A stretch of 63,356 bases of DNA, counting the filler. It is 8 parts of 8 records of this genome, joined end to end, with 100 filler letters (N's around TTAATTAATTAA, not from the genome) between each part and the next. Parts side by side here need not be neighbours in the genome. Positions count along the whole stretch, not along the records: positions 12,615 to 25,726 come from SRR31147125_17331; 7 more parts are not named here. One strand, 5' to 3'. This document shows, in pieces, positions 12,858-23,417 of this stretch. The position numbers and the translations under genes are program-made. The first letter of the stretch is position 1, and each line of letters begins with the position of its first letter. The notes under the pieces were generated by a model that was not told the origin of the DNA, ran no database searches, and worked only from the letters and a program-made list of their open reading frames with translations.

Positions 12858-14057
12858 ATGTCTGGTCGCAAGTTGCAATTGTTCATTTTTTTGTTTTTTA
12901 TTTCTAGTCTTAAAGTCAGTTCACAAACTCTTATAAAAGGACCATATGTCCAGAATATACAAAAAGATCGTGCGACCGTTTGTTGGGTCACGCAAGAGTC
13001 TGTTGTGAAATTTGGCGAAAAAGCCAATTTACTTGATCGTAGTTCAGATGAGTTTCAGGTTCATGAAATAGTTCTTGATAACCTTAAACCGAATACAACC
13101 TTTCATTATGATGTTGGATTTGGGAAAAAAGGGAATGGTTCTTTTAAAACAGCCCCGGAATATGGTGAATCTTTTCGATTTGTTATCATTGGTGACACCC
13201 GTTATGCTGATAAACCACGGGACGTTCAGGCCAAACTGATTAGCGCTATTGAAAAACAGAAACCTGCGCTTGTGATAAATACCGGAGATCTGGTTACAAG
13301 TGGACATAATACTCTACATTGGGATACTTTTTTTAGTATGAATAAAAGTTTGTTAAAAACCGTACCCTATTATGTGAGTCTTGGTAACCATGAAGAAAAT
13401 TCACCTTATTTCTACCAATATTTTTCATTCCCGGAAAAAGAAAATTACTACTCTTTTAATTGGAGCAATTGCCATTTTGTGGTTTTGGATTCAGAAGGAC
13501 CTCACGATTCTCCCGAGTTTCCTATGGATTATCAGGCGCGTAAGATGCACCAGGAAAAAGTCGAGACTTTTTGGGACGATCAGCTTACGTGGTTATGCAA
13601 TGACCTGAAAAATCATCGCGAATATGATTTTACCTTTGTTTATATGCATCAGCCATTGTTTAGTCTTAAGGATTCCCGTCGTGAGGAACAAAAAGAATTT
13701 CAGAAACGTTTCGCTCAGATATTTAGCGATTTTGAGATTGATGTCGTTTATTCGGGTCATGATCATAACTACCAGCGGCATTATGTGGATCCGGTTCATT
13801 ATGTTGTAAGCGCCGGTGGCGGTGCCAGTCTTTATGGATTTGGAAAACCTTTTGCCAAATATACGCGAAAATTAGCCTTGAAACATCATTATGTTCTAGT
13901 GGAAGTCGATGGCAAAAAATTAAAATCCACTGCGTTAACTGCAGATGGTGAGGTGCTTGATCAATTTTCTATTCCATTCGATAATAAAAAAGATAAAGCC
14001 CGTGCGAATAAGGAACTAAAATTAAATTCAGAAGGTACATATGATACCTGGTTTTAG
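12858..14057 (+). CDS. Exported metallophosphoesterase (purple acid phosphatase-like, FN3-type N-terminal domain)
   Basis: GDTR, TGDLV, LGNHE, MHQP, SGHDH metal-binding motifs; signal peptide; GPYVQ N-terminus. Confidence 0.9.
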   Translation: MSGRKLQLFIFLFFISSLKVSSQTLIKGPYVQNIQKDRATVCWVTQESVVKFGEKANLLDRSSDEFQVHEIVLDNLKPNTTFHYDVGFGKKGNGSFKTAPEYGESFRFVIIGDTRYADKPRDVQAKLISAIEKQKPALVINTGDLVTSGHNTLHWDTFFSMNKSLLKTVPYYVSLGNHEENSPYFYQYFSFPEKENYYSFNWSNCHFVVLDSEGPHDSPEFPMDYQARKMHQEKVETFWDDQLTWLCNDLKNHREYDFTFVYMHQPLFSLKDSRREEQKEFQKRFAQIFSDFEIDVVYSGHDHNYQRHYVDPVHYVVSAGGGASLYGFGKPFAKYTRKLALKHHYVLVEVDGKKLKSTALTADGEVLDQFSIPFDNKKDKARANKELKLNSEGTYDTWF

Positions 14058-14122
14058 AAAGGCTATATATTCAAAAGATCGAATGATGAAAAAGTAATAT
14101 GTTAAATGAGATGGGTTAAAGA

Positions 14123-15193
14123 ATGAAACAGAAACAAGAAACGAAACAAGTAATACGTGGATCAATATCGATGAGTGCTTTTTTCTGTATGGTGCTATTT
14201 TGTAAGATGTTACCATTGCCATTGTTTTCTGCTGATACCCCATCGCAGGAAAAAGTCGGGATGCCTAAAATCGCTTTTGAATCGCTTGTTGTTGATGCCG
14301 GCGTTTTTAAACCGGGTGAAAAGGCTATAGGGGAATTTATCGTAAAAAATGAGGGGGATGCCGATCTTGTTATCAAAAGAGTTGCTCCTACGTGAGGTTG
14401 CACAGTGGCTGAGTATGATAAGGTCATTCCGGCTGGTCAGTCGGGAAAGATAACAGCAAGTCTGGATACAAAAAAGTATCGTGGTGAACTTGAGAAAACC
14501 ATTATCGTGATATCCAATGATCTGAAAAATCCAAAGGCAACAGTTACCCTGCAATGCCGGGTTCTTGGTATTAAGATTTTACCTGCTGCCAGAGCTTATT
14601 TTAATGCACAGGCAGGCAGTGCAAATACAGAAGAATTGACATTAGCGACAATGGGAGAAGGTCCTTTGACCATTTATACAAAATCCAGCAATCCAAATGT
14701 GATTGTCAAATTGGAGAAATTAACAGATAACGCGCGACCAGAGTCTGACACAGAATATTGGCAGCAATATAAACTTTTGGTTACCATTCCTGAAAATTTT
14801 CCTGATGGACGTTTCGCTGGTAAGGTGACATTAGTAACAGATAGTATGTATGATCCATCAGTAAGTATTCCTGTTGCCGGTATGGTTCACCCAAGTGTGG
14901 TCGTGTCTCCCAAAAAGGTAAGAATGCCTGTTGACAAGGATGGAAATATTATGTCACGAATAATCAGGGTGACAAAAAAACATGGCACTTCCTTTAAAAT
15001 ATCAAAATTGATAACCGAACCAAAAGCTTTGAATGCCGAGTTGAAAGAAACCCAAAAGGGTAAGCAGTATACAATCACGCTGAACTGGATTGAGGCTGCC
15101 TCGTCTAGTGTCAATAAAGGTAAAGTTGTATTATATACTAACGATAAGAAAATGCCGATCATCACAGTGCCTGTAGCGGTTTATAGGCGTTGA
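14123..15193 (+). CDS. Exported DUF1573/Ig-like domain protein with in-frame TGA (candidate selenoprotein, T-U-G-C-T)
   Basis: ORFs 14123-14395 and 14405-15193 are in the same frame. Read-through gives F.VKNEGDADLVIKRVAPT(TGA)GCTVAEYDKVIPAGQSGKI, matching the DUF1573 pattern N.G...L.I..V..sCGCT......I.PG..G.I. Confidence 0.8.
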
Positions 15194-15309
15194 GTCAATG
15201 GTGGAGTAACATAAGCTTTTGAACAGATTTTGTTTTACTCTTTATTTTCTAATATGATAACAGACATTCCTTTCGTTTATCAGAATATACTATTATTCCG
15301 GAGCCTTTC

Positions 15310-16023
15310 ATGCAAATTCTCAAGAATCTTTATCAGGTTGGTGGTAGCCTGAATGGCGTTACAAGTACGATATTGGCAGATCCTTTTGATGATGGTAATG
15401 TTTATGTGCTCGACCTTAATGAAGAACTTGTCCTGTTTGATTGTGGTAACGGAGAAACACTGAAACAAATTCTAACCAACATGGAGTATTGGGGACTTGA
15501 TGTAGAAAAAGTGTCAACTTGTTTTCTCACTCATTCTCATTGGGATCATGCTGGAGCAGCTCACCTGCTTAAAAAGCGCAATATCAGCCTCGTTGCACAT
15601 CCGGTTGCAGCTGAGGCTATTGCATGCGGAGATGAACGGTGCCAGGGATATCTGTATCATAAAGAATTTGTACCTTGTGAAACAGATAAAACGTTATTTG
15701 ATGGTCAGAGTCTCAAAATGAATGGTTTAAAAATTCAGGCACGCCATTTCCCTGGCCATACCCTCGGTTGTACAGCATTTTGTTTTGAGTGGGAGGGTAA
15801 AAGGGTGGTTGTATCCGGAGATATTATCGGTACATTGGGATATGGTTATTTTGGCTGGGATGGATCATTTGATTTTGATAAAAAAGTGTACCTTCAATCT
15901 CTGACACAATTTGCCAAACTGGATTTTGATATCATGCTACCCGGACATGGTCTCATCTATTTTGATGGACCCAGGCGTCGGATTGAAGAAGCTCTGAATG
16001 AAGCTTTGATACAATGGCGATAA
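15310..16023 (+). CDS. MBL-fold metallo-hydrolase
   Basis: FDCG, THSHWDHAG, PGHT, SGD and PGHG motifs. Confidence 0.9.
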   Translation: MQILKNLYQVGGSLNGVTSTILADPFDDGNVYVLDLNEELVLFDCGNGETLKQILTNMEYWGLDVEKVSTCFLTHSHWDHAGAAHLLKKRNISLVAHPVAAEAIACGDERCQGYLYHKEFVPCETDKTLFDGQSLKMNGLKIQARHFPGHTLGCTAFCFEWEGKRVVVSGDIIGTLGYGYFGWDGSFDFDKKVYLQSLTQFAKLDFDIMLPGHGLIYFDGPRRRIEEALNEALIQWR

Positions 16024-16246
16024 GGAACATTCTTTGCTTAACATGGCAAGTTTGCTTTATTTTATTTGTGATATTAATGTAGTAATAAATTAAAGATCCC
16101 TTATGGATAGGGAATAGGGATGTTGCTCACCAGGCCTATCATCTAATTGATCAAACAAAAAATCTCCTCTCTTTTAATTATAAAAGCAAGTTATCTTAAT
16201 CAAGTAGACAAGTCAGGGAAAAATGCTATGCAATTGTCATGGCTGT

Positions 16247-16290
16247 CTGACATAGTGACAGTCAGATATTGTTAACTGACAATATGGCAG
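16247..16290. promoter_or_regulatory. Two 15-bp palindromes, putative activator sites upstream of hsp20
   Basis: CTGACATAGTGACAG (16247-16261) and CTGACAATATGGCAG (16276-16290). Confidence 0.55.
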
Positions 16291-16380
16291 ACAACTTAAA
16301 GAGTTATTTTCATATAGTAATATTGGCCTATCTTATTGTAAGTGTAATAAAAATATATACATGAAAACTGGCTAAAAATT

Positions 16381-16397
16381 TTGGCACAACTCTTGAT
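16381..16397 (+). promoter_or_regulatory. Putative sigma-54 (-24/-12) promoter
   Basis: TTGGCAC-AACTC-TTGAT, with canonical GG-N10-G spacing, about 65 bp before the ATG. Confidence 0.6.
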
Positions 16398-16461
16398 ACT
16401 GTTAAAAGTGAAAAAGATAAAAATTAAAATAAACACTTGAATATTTATCAGGAGGTTCGAT

Positions 16462-16905
16462 ATGTGGTTAGTAAGACGTAATTATGGTTATAATGATTAT
16501 ACGGAATTTGTTAATCGATTTTTCAGTAACTGTGAAAATTATGATATAAATAAAGACAAGGCTCTTGAGCAGGATTCTGTTGTTTGGAAACCAAGAATGG
16601 ATGTTAATGAGACTCAGGATGCTTATAATGTTATCGCTGATTTGCCCGGGCTGGATAAAAAGGATATTAATATAACCCTGCATGACAATGTTCTGACCAT
16701 CGAAGGTGAACGAAAGAATAATGTCGAAAAGGAGTCAAAAGATCGCTATTACTCGGAACGAACGTATGGCAATTTCTCCAGATCATTCTCTCTGCCGAAC
16801 AAGGTTAAGGATAGTGATATTAAGGCACAGTACAAAGATGGTGTGTTATCTGTGACAGTGCCCAAATCAGAAGACGCGAAACCAAGGGAAATCGAAATTA
16901 GTTAA
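16462..16905 (+). CDS. Hsp20/alpha-crystallin small heat-shock protein
   Basis: PRMDVNE, ADLPG, LTIEGER, ERTYGNFSRSFSLP, AQYKDGVL and the C-terminal IEI motif; AGGAGG SD. Confidence 0.95.
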   Translation: MWLVRRNYGYNDYTEFVNRFFSNCENYDINKDKALEQDSVVWKPRMDVNETQDAYNVIADLPGLDKKDINITLHDNVLTIEGERKNNVEKESKDRYYSERTYGNFSRSFSLPNKVKDSDIKAQYKDGVLSVTVPKSEDAKPREIEIS

Positions 16906-16915
16906 GACTCCTCTG

Positions 16916-16946
16916 AAAAGCCTCCTTATTTGAGGAGGCTTTTTTT
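16916..16946 (+). terminator. Intrinsic terminator
   Basis: AAAAGCCTCCT/AGGAGGCTTTT stem with a T-tract. Confidence 0.85.
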
Positions 16947-17169
16947 ACCTACCTGATAAACAGGTTATAATCCTGTTTACCTTCTTTTTTTCTTCCAATT
17001 TTTAACAAAATAGTGTATCTTGAATGACGCAAAGGAGTGTTATCTCTAAACTCTGCTTTTAATGATCCTCGACCTCTTTTATTTGTTTTATATTTCTCAT
17101 CATAGCTGGCCATTCATGTTCGTTTGAGTAAATCCTTTAGCTATAAATCTCTATTTGAGGCAAAAAGAT

Positions 17170-18573
17170 ATGCAAAATTCACCTTATTCCAGCAAAAGCC
17201 AATTGGTTCGACGGCAGTTTTTAAAAAAAATGACCTGTGGATTAGCAGGTTCAGTTGTTCTGGGTTCTCAGTTATTTTTATGCAATAAGAAACGACCGAC
17301 TCCAACTCGACCGAATATTGTTATTATGGTAGCTGATGATGCGGGATGGCACGATGTAGGATATCATGGTTCGGAGATAAAAACGCCCAATATCGACCAA
17401 CTCTTGAAAGCAGGTGTCGAGTTAAATCAATTTTATGTTTATCCTACCTGCTCACCCACAAGAGCATCTCTTTTGACAGGTAGGCCTCCCAGCAGATTTG
17501 GAATTTTAGGGCCTATTGGTGGAAGAAGTAAACTCTCTTTACCCAAAGAAACAGATACTTTGGCATCGATGCTGTCTAAAAATGGTTACCGTACAGCTAT
17601 AACCGGCAAGTGGCATCTGGGATTACGACCTGAAGTAGGTCCCCGAAGCTATGGCTTTGATTACACTTATGGTTATCTGCACGGACAAATTGATCAGTAT
17701 ACTCATTTTTACAAGAATGGGGATAAAAGCTGGCATCGGAATGATAAATTTATTACCGAAGAAGGGCATGCTACAGACCTTATCACAAAAGAGGCTATCA
17801 GGTTTATTGAAGAATCAACAACGCATGACAAGCCATTTTTCTTATATGTTCCCTTTAGTGTACCGCATTATCCTCTTCAGGAAGAAAAAAAGTGGACGAG
17901 TCTTTATGACAATGATATAGAAAATGAATCCCGGCAATTATTTGCTGCCTCGGTAACGCATATGGATGACGCTATTGGTAAAATCATGTCCACCCTGAAA
18001 AAAGAAAAGTTAGATAATGAAACTCTGGTACTTTTTATGAGCGATAATGGTGGTCAGGAAAACTGGTATCCTGATCAGGAATATAATAAACAGCATGGTC
18101 CAAACGATCGTTTGGGGGATAATAAACCCCTGCGGGATTGGAAAGGCAGTCTTTATGAAGGTGGAATACGAGTTCCTGCTGTTATGGCATGGAAAAGCAT
18201 ATTGCAGCCAGGCAAGGTTCAGGATGTCATCTCTGTTTACGATGTATTACCGACACTGGCTCATGTCTCTGGATCCACAATAACGTCGGATATGCAGGTA
18301 GAAGGTGAAAATATATGGTTTCTCCTTACAGCCAATACAAAAATAAAAGACCGTACACTTTACTGGCGCACCTCCGGGCAACTTGCTCTACGAAAAGGGG
18401 ATTGGAAGCTTGTTCATTTAGGTGTAACTCCTGAACAGGGAAAGAGTGAACTGTATAACATCGCCAACGATCCACTTGAAAAAAAGGATGTGGCCAAGGA
18501 TTATTCAGATATCCTTACAAAATTACAGAGTGAATTGGTACAGCATTACAAAAAAGATAAAAAAATGTCCTAG
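17170..18573 (+). CDS. Arylsulfatase (S1 family, Cys-type), Tat signal
   Basis: RRQFLK Tat motif; PNIV..ADD, CSPTRASLLTG, GKWHLG, SDNG, EGGIRVP. Confidence 0.93.
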   Translation: MQNSPYSSKSQLVRRQFLKKMTCGLAGSVVLGSQLFLCNKKRPTPTRPNIVIMVADDAGWHDVGYHGSEIKTPNIDQLLKAGVELNQFYVYPTCSPTRASLLTGRPPSRFGILGPIGGRSKLSLPKETDTLASMLSKNGYRTAITGKWHLGLRPEVGPRSYGFDYTYGYLHGQIDQYTHFYKNGDKSWHRNDKFITEEGHATDLITKEAIRFIEESTTHDKPFFLYVPFSVPHYPLQEEKKWTSLYDNDIENESRQLFAASVTHMDDAIGKIMSTLKKEKLDNETLVLFMSDNGGQENWYPDQEYNKQHGPNDRLGDNKPLRDWKGSLYEGGIRVPAVMAWKSILQPGKVQDVISVYDVLPTLAHVSGSTITSDMQVEGENIWFLLTANTKIKDRTLYWRTSGQLALRKGDWKLVHLGVTPEQGKSELYNIANDPLEKKDVAKDYSDILTKLQSELVQHYKKDKKMS

Positions 18574-18654
18574 ATCGAAAAAAAGTGTATCACCATTTAT
18601 GTGACTTTTATCTGTAAAAATCAATAATCTTATTTTTAAAATAAGGAGTGACTA

Positions 18655-20079
18655 ATGAATACGGAACGGCGTGATTTTATAAAGAACTTGGGTAAGGTTA
18701 GCATAGGTCTTTTTGCCGGAACCTCTTTTGGTCACATGCTATCCGGTTGTTCAGGCGATGTACAAAAGAAAAAATTAAATTTTGTTTTTATTCTTGCAGA
18801 TGATTTGGGTTGGAACCAGGTCGGATATCATGGTACAACTTTTTATAAAACGCCAAATATAGATCGTCTGGCTAGAGAAGGTATGTCATTCACAGACGCC
18901 TATGCTGCTTGTCCTGTATGTTCGCCGACAAGAGCCAGTATTATGACTGGTAAATATCCGGCCCGTCTTCACCTGACTGATTTTATCGCAGGTAATCCAT
19001 TTCCATGGGCTAAATTAAAACAGCCCGAATGGACTAAATATCTGCCACTTGAGGAAGTTACAATCGCTGAAGTTTTGAAAAAAGAAGGCTATGTGACAGG
19101 ATGTTTTGGTAAATGGCATCTCAGTACAGACAAAAATTACAAACCCGGTCGGCCATTTGATCCTGATTCGCAAGGTTTCGATGATATTCTGACAACAGTC
19201 AAGCCAAAGCGAGACGCGGATCCGGATAAAGATGCGCACCATGCCAGGGAGATTACGCAACGCGCACTGGATTTTATGGAAAAGAATACAAATAATCCAT
19301 TTTTCCTGTACATTCCCCATCATGTTGTGCATACTCCGCTTATGGAGAATAAAGATGTGATTGGAAAATATCAGGCAATATCAAGTTCCGATCTGCCTGA
19401 GAATAACCCGATTATGGGCGCCATGATTGAAACAATGGATAAAGGTATCGGTCAGGTTTTACAAAAAATTGATGATCTGAAACTCACGAATAATACAGTT
19501 GTTATTTTCTTTTCAGATAACGGTGGTTTGGAATCCAAACAAGACCAAAAGCCATTGCGAGGTGGAAAGGCAATGGTGTACGAAGGAGGTATACGCGTTC
19601 CTTTTGCAATTCGTTGGCCGGGTGTTGTAAAAGCGGGTAGCGTTTGTCATGAACCCGTAACAAGTACAGATTTTTTCCCAACTTTAATAGAGATTGCAGG
19701 TTTAAAATGTGATATCCCGGATATCGATGGAAAAAGTATCCTTCCTTTACTAAAACAGGATAAGAAATTTTCCCGTGGAGCGATTTATTGGCACTATCCC
19801 CATTATCATACCTCTGGTAAAGCGCCATCCGGAGCTGTTCGTAAGGGGGATTATAAACTTATAGAATGGTATGAGGACAGTCTTCTGGGTGGAGACAAGC
19901 CCTATTCACTTTATCATATCACAGAAGACATCTCCGAAGAGAACGATCTGGCCCAAAAAATGCCGGAGAAAACAGCAGAGCTTGCCACAGACCTCCGGGA
20001 ATGGCGTTCAAGAGTCGGTGCACAGGAAATGCGGTCAAATTCGGATTATAATGCAGAAAAAGAAAATAAATCAAAATAA
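18655..20079 (+). CDS. Sulfatase (S1 family, Cys-type), Tat lipoprotein signal
   Basis: RRDFIK plus LSGC; CSPTRASIMTG, GKWHL, SDNGG, YEGGIRVP, YWHYPHY. Confidence 0.93.
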   Translation: MNTERRDFIKNLGKVSIGLFAGTSFGHMLSGCSGDVQKKKLNFVFILADDLGWNQVGYHGTTFYKTPNIDRLAREGMSFTDAYAACPVCSPTRASIMTGKYPARLHLTDFIAGNPFPWAKLKQPEWTKYLPLEEVTIAEVLKKEGYVTGCFGKWHLSTDKNYKPGRPFDPDSQGFDDILTTVKPKRDADPDKDAHHAREITQRALDFMEKNTNNPFFLYIPHHVVHTPLMENKDVIGKYQAISSSDLPENNPIMGAMIETMDKGIGQVLQKIDDLKLTNNTVVIFFSDNGGLESKQDQKPLRGGKAMVYEGGIRVPFAIRWPGVVKAGSVCHEPVTSTDFFPTLIEIAGLKCDIPDIDGKSILPLLKQDKKFSRGAIYWHYPHYHTSGKAPSGAVRKGDYKLIEWYEDSLLGGDKPYSLYHITEDISEENDLAQKMPEKTAELATDLREWRSRVGAQEMRSNSDYNAEKENKSK

Positions 20080-20225
20080 ATCCAGACTGATACTCATTTT
20101 GCGAAAATGAAATTTAGATTAAAAGATATGATGTACATATAGTTCTGTTGTTTTTGTTAACATATTTCAGAAAAACTGGCTATAGTATTAACGGATCCGG
20201 TGTGAAAAATATAAAGGAAAAAATT

Positions 20226-22269
20226 GTGAAACGTTTTATGTTAATTGTGTTTGCACTATTCAATGTGAGTTTTGTTTATGCAAGCGATGTATTTCTCTTT
20301 GAAGAGGATTTTTCCGGATATAAAACCGGTCTTTTTTCGAGTGGAGTCGTAGGTGCTCATGCGGAATATCACTACATCCATGAGGTCGCTCCAAAAGGCA
20401 ATTGGGTGGTCTCCAGTTTCAGGAGCAATGGTTCTCAAAGAGCCTGGCGCGTTTTGAAACAGGAAGATGCTTCTCAACTGATGTATCAGTCCTATACATC
20501 CTCGAAAAATGAAAAAATATACTCATCCCATGATCGTGGCTGGTGATGATTTGTGGCAAGATTATACAGTATCTGTGAATTTTTCTCCGGAGTCAAAAGA
20601 AGCGCAAAGTGGATTTGTATTTCGTTATCAAAATGACCGGTGTTATTATTTTGCTGGTGTTGATGGGCCTAATGCCATTCTGAAAAAAGTAAAGCACGCG
20701 TCTGCTTATCGTTCTGCTAATGAAACAATATTAGCAAAAGCGGCTCTTGACTGGAAATCCGGCGAATGGATTACGGCTTCTGTGACGGTAACGGGACATT
20801 TTATCCGCGTCGATTTCGGGCATGGTACTGTATTGGAAGCAAACGATGATACTTTTACCAAAGGCAAAATAGGTCTTTTATCAGACATTCCAACAAAATT
20901 TAAATCTGTTAAAGTCACGACAACCCTGACTGAGCAGAAAAGGTTGCAGGCCGAAAAACGTCGTTTGGCGTTAGAATTAGCCACATTACGTGCCGGGAAC
21001 CCAAAGCCTGTGTTGTGGAAAAAGATCCAAACCGATGGATTTGGAGTTGGTCGTAATGTTCGGTTCGGCGATCTGAATGGTGATGGTCAGATCGATGTAC
21101 TTATTGGACAGGTCAAACATCATGGCCCCAAGGATCGGAATAGTGAATTGAGCTGTTTAACTGCCATGACGTTTGATGGTGATATTCTCTGGCAAATCGG
21201 ACAACCGGATCTCTGGAAAGATATGCTGACGAATGATGTGGCATTTCAGATCCATGATATTGACAATGATGGTCGAAATGAAGTTGTTTACTGTATGGAT
21301 ACGAATATAATCGTTGCTGATGCCGCTACCGGCAAAACCCGATATCAGTCACCTACACCTGTAAATAAATCCGGTCCTCCTCATGACGCTTTTCCTCGTA
21401 TTCTGGGCGATTGTCTTTATTTATTTGATAGTCAGGGAGCAGGATATGACGGAAATATTCTGATTAAAGATCGCTATAAGAACTTTACTGTTTTGGATCA
21501 TAAACTGAATGTATTATGGGAAGGCTCCTGTAAAACAGGACATTATCCGTTCGCTTATGATGTTGACAACGATGGTAAAGATGAACTGGCTATAGGATAT
21601 TCTCTTTTTGATGATGATGGCACCATGCTGTGGAGTTTGGATGACAAAATTAAAGATCATTGTGATGGAGTGGCTATTGTTAATTATTCGGGAACAATGC
21701 CGGAAAAGCCGGTTATAATGAATGCAGCCAGTGATGAAGGAATGATTTTTTGTGATGTCAATGGCACAGTACTCAATCATTATTATTTGGGTCATGTGCA
21801 AAATCCGGCCGTTGCCGATTTTCGCCGTGACCTTCCGGGGCTGGAAACAGTTTCCATTAATTTTTGGGGAAATCAGGGAATTGTGCATTATTTTGATGCC
21901 AATGGTGATCTTTATTATGATTTTGAACCCTGTCAGCATGGCAGTATGATGTTACCAATAAACTGGACAGGAGAGCCGGAAGAATACTATGTATTATCAG
22001 CGAATGTGGAAGAAGGCGGCCTGTTCGATGGATGGGGTCGCAAAGTGGTTGAATTCCCTGGAGATGGCCATCCGGATCTATGTTATGCTGTGCTGGACAT
22101 AACCGGGGATTGTCGTGACGAGATTGTCGTATGGGATGCCGGAGAGATGTGGGTTTACACTCAGGATAACAATCCCAAAAGTGGAAAACTTTATAGACCG
22201 ATTAGAAATCCTCTCTATAATTATTCTAATTATCAGGCCACTGTATCCTTACCCGGTTGGTCTGAATAG
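20226..22269 (+). CDS. Exported rhamnogalacturonan lyase (PL11)-like / FG-GAP-repeat protein; frameshift in A-run 20512-20517
   Basis: Signal peptide from GTG 20226; Ca-binding repeats DLNGDG, DIDNDG, DVDNDG, DITGD; GHY and DHCD motifs. One added A fuses the two ORFs. Confidence 0.6.
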
Positions 22270-22500
22270 ATGCGCTAACAATATTTTCAGATTATCTTTT
22301 TTGATCAGTAGCTGATCACTTTATGGATCCACCAGAGTTTAATAAAAGAATAGAAAATGCCCTCATTTCTTGTGAGATTAGAGGGCGTGGATGCTTTATA
22401 AAAAGCTGTAAATAGTTCATCAGCAAGTGTTGCTTATTATTATCAGATATGTCAGACAAAAGCGGGTGCGAGCCAGATATTTTTTAACGGGAAAAATGAA

Positions 22501-23178
22501 ATGATTGGAACAATAATAAATGTAATCGCTGTCATACTTGGATGTGTTGTCGGTCTGCTGATACATTCCAGACTATCAACCAGATTTATTTCGATTATTT
22601 TTCAGGGCATAGGACTTTTTACCTTTTCCCTCGGTATTTCTATGGCGATAAAGACAGAACATTTCCTGATTTTGGTTTTTAGTATTGTGATAGGAGCCGT
22701 TTGCGGCGAATGGCTGGATCTGGAAAAACGGTTGAATAATTTTGGCGATTATGTAAAAGTAAAACTGAAATCTGAAAGCCATCAATTCACCGAAGGCATG
22801 ATCACAGCTTTTCTCCTCTTTTGTGTAGGTTCCATGACTGTTCTTGGTGCTATTGAAGAGGGGCTTGGAGGCAAGCCGAATCTATTGATAGCCAAATCCG
22901 TTATGGATGGTATTGCTGCTATAGCATTAACCTCGTCAATGGGGATTGGTGTTATGTTTTCAGTGATTCCATTATTGATTTATCAGGGAGGATTGACTCT
23001 ATTTGCCAGCTTTTTCGAAACCATTCTTAATGAAGCTGTTGTACTTGAACTGAGTGCTGTTGGGGGATTACTTTTAATCGGTCTGGGGATTAATATCCTT
23101 GAGATAAAAAAGTTGAAAATAATTAACATGTTGCCTAGTCTGATCATTGTGGTGATATTAGCGTTTATATTTTTATAG
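22501..23178 (+). CDS. DUF554 family membrane protein
   Basis: MIGTIIN, FCVGSMTVLGAIEEG, AKSVMDG, YQGGLT and NMLPSL motifs. Confidence 0.9.
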   Translation: MIGTIINVIAVILGCVVGLLIHSRLSTRFISIIFQGIGLFTFSLGISMAIKTEHFLILVFSIVIGAVCGEWLDLEKRLNNFGDYVKVKLKSESHQFTEGMITAFLLFCVGSMTVLGAIEEGLGGKPNLLIAKSVMDGIAAIALTSSMGIGVMFSVIPLLIYQGGLTLFASFFETILNEAVVLELSAVGGLLLIGLGINILEIKKLKIINMLPSLIIVVILAFIFL

Positions 23179-23296
23179 GCCGGGAAGGCAGGTGGGATTT
23201 GATGAATATGTTCTGCATTTATAATGCATGCAGACCTAAATTGGATTTCAGTAAAATAAAAGAAATAAAATTATAAATATATTGTTTCTAAAAGAG

Positions 23297-23417
23297 ATAA
23301 GTCCAGCGGGGTTGTAGGTTTAATTGGTATAGCCGCTTTGTATTGCATCAGTTTGTAGAGTCATCAATTTAAACACACCTGACGAGATAATTCTCCCAAA
23401 CTCCCCGCTGGATTTAT
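23297..23417. repeat. Inverted repeat (14/15 bp) enclosing about 90 nt between convergent genes
   Basis: ATAAGTCCAGCGGGG (23297-23311) / CCCCGCTGGATTTAT (23403-23417). Confidence 0.75.

Noticed and set aside
14393-14395. TGA as a sign of genetic code 4 or 25
   Set aside because: TGA ends genes on the same contig (15191-15193 and 23539-23541) and Trp is encoded by TGG.
16381-16410. CIRCE element before hsp20
   Set aside because: Only a TTGGCAC half-site; the second arm is missing.
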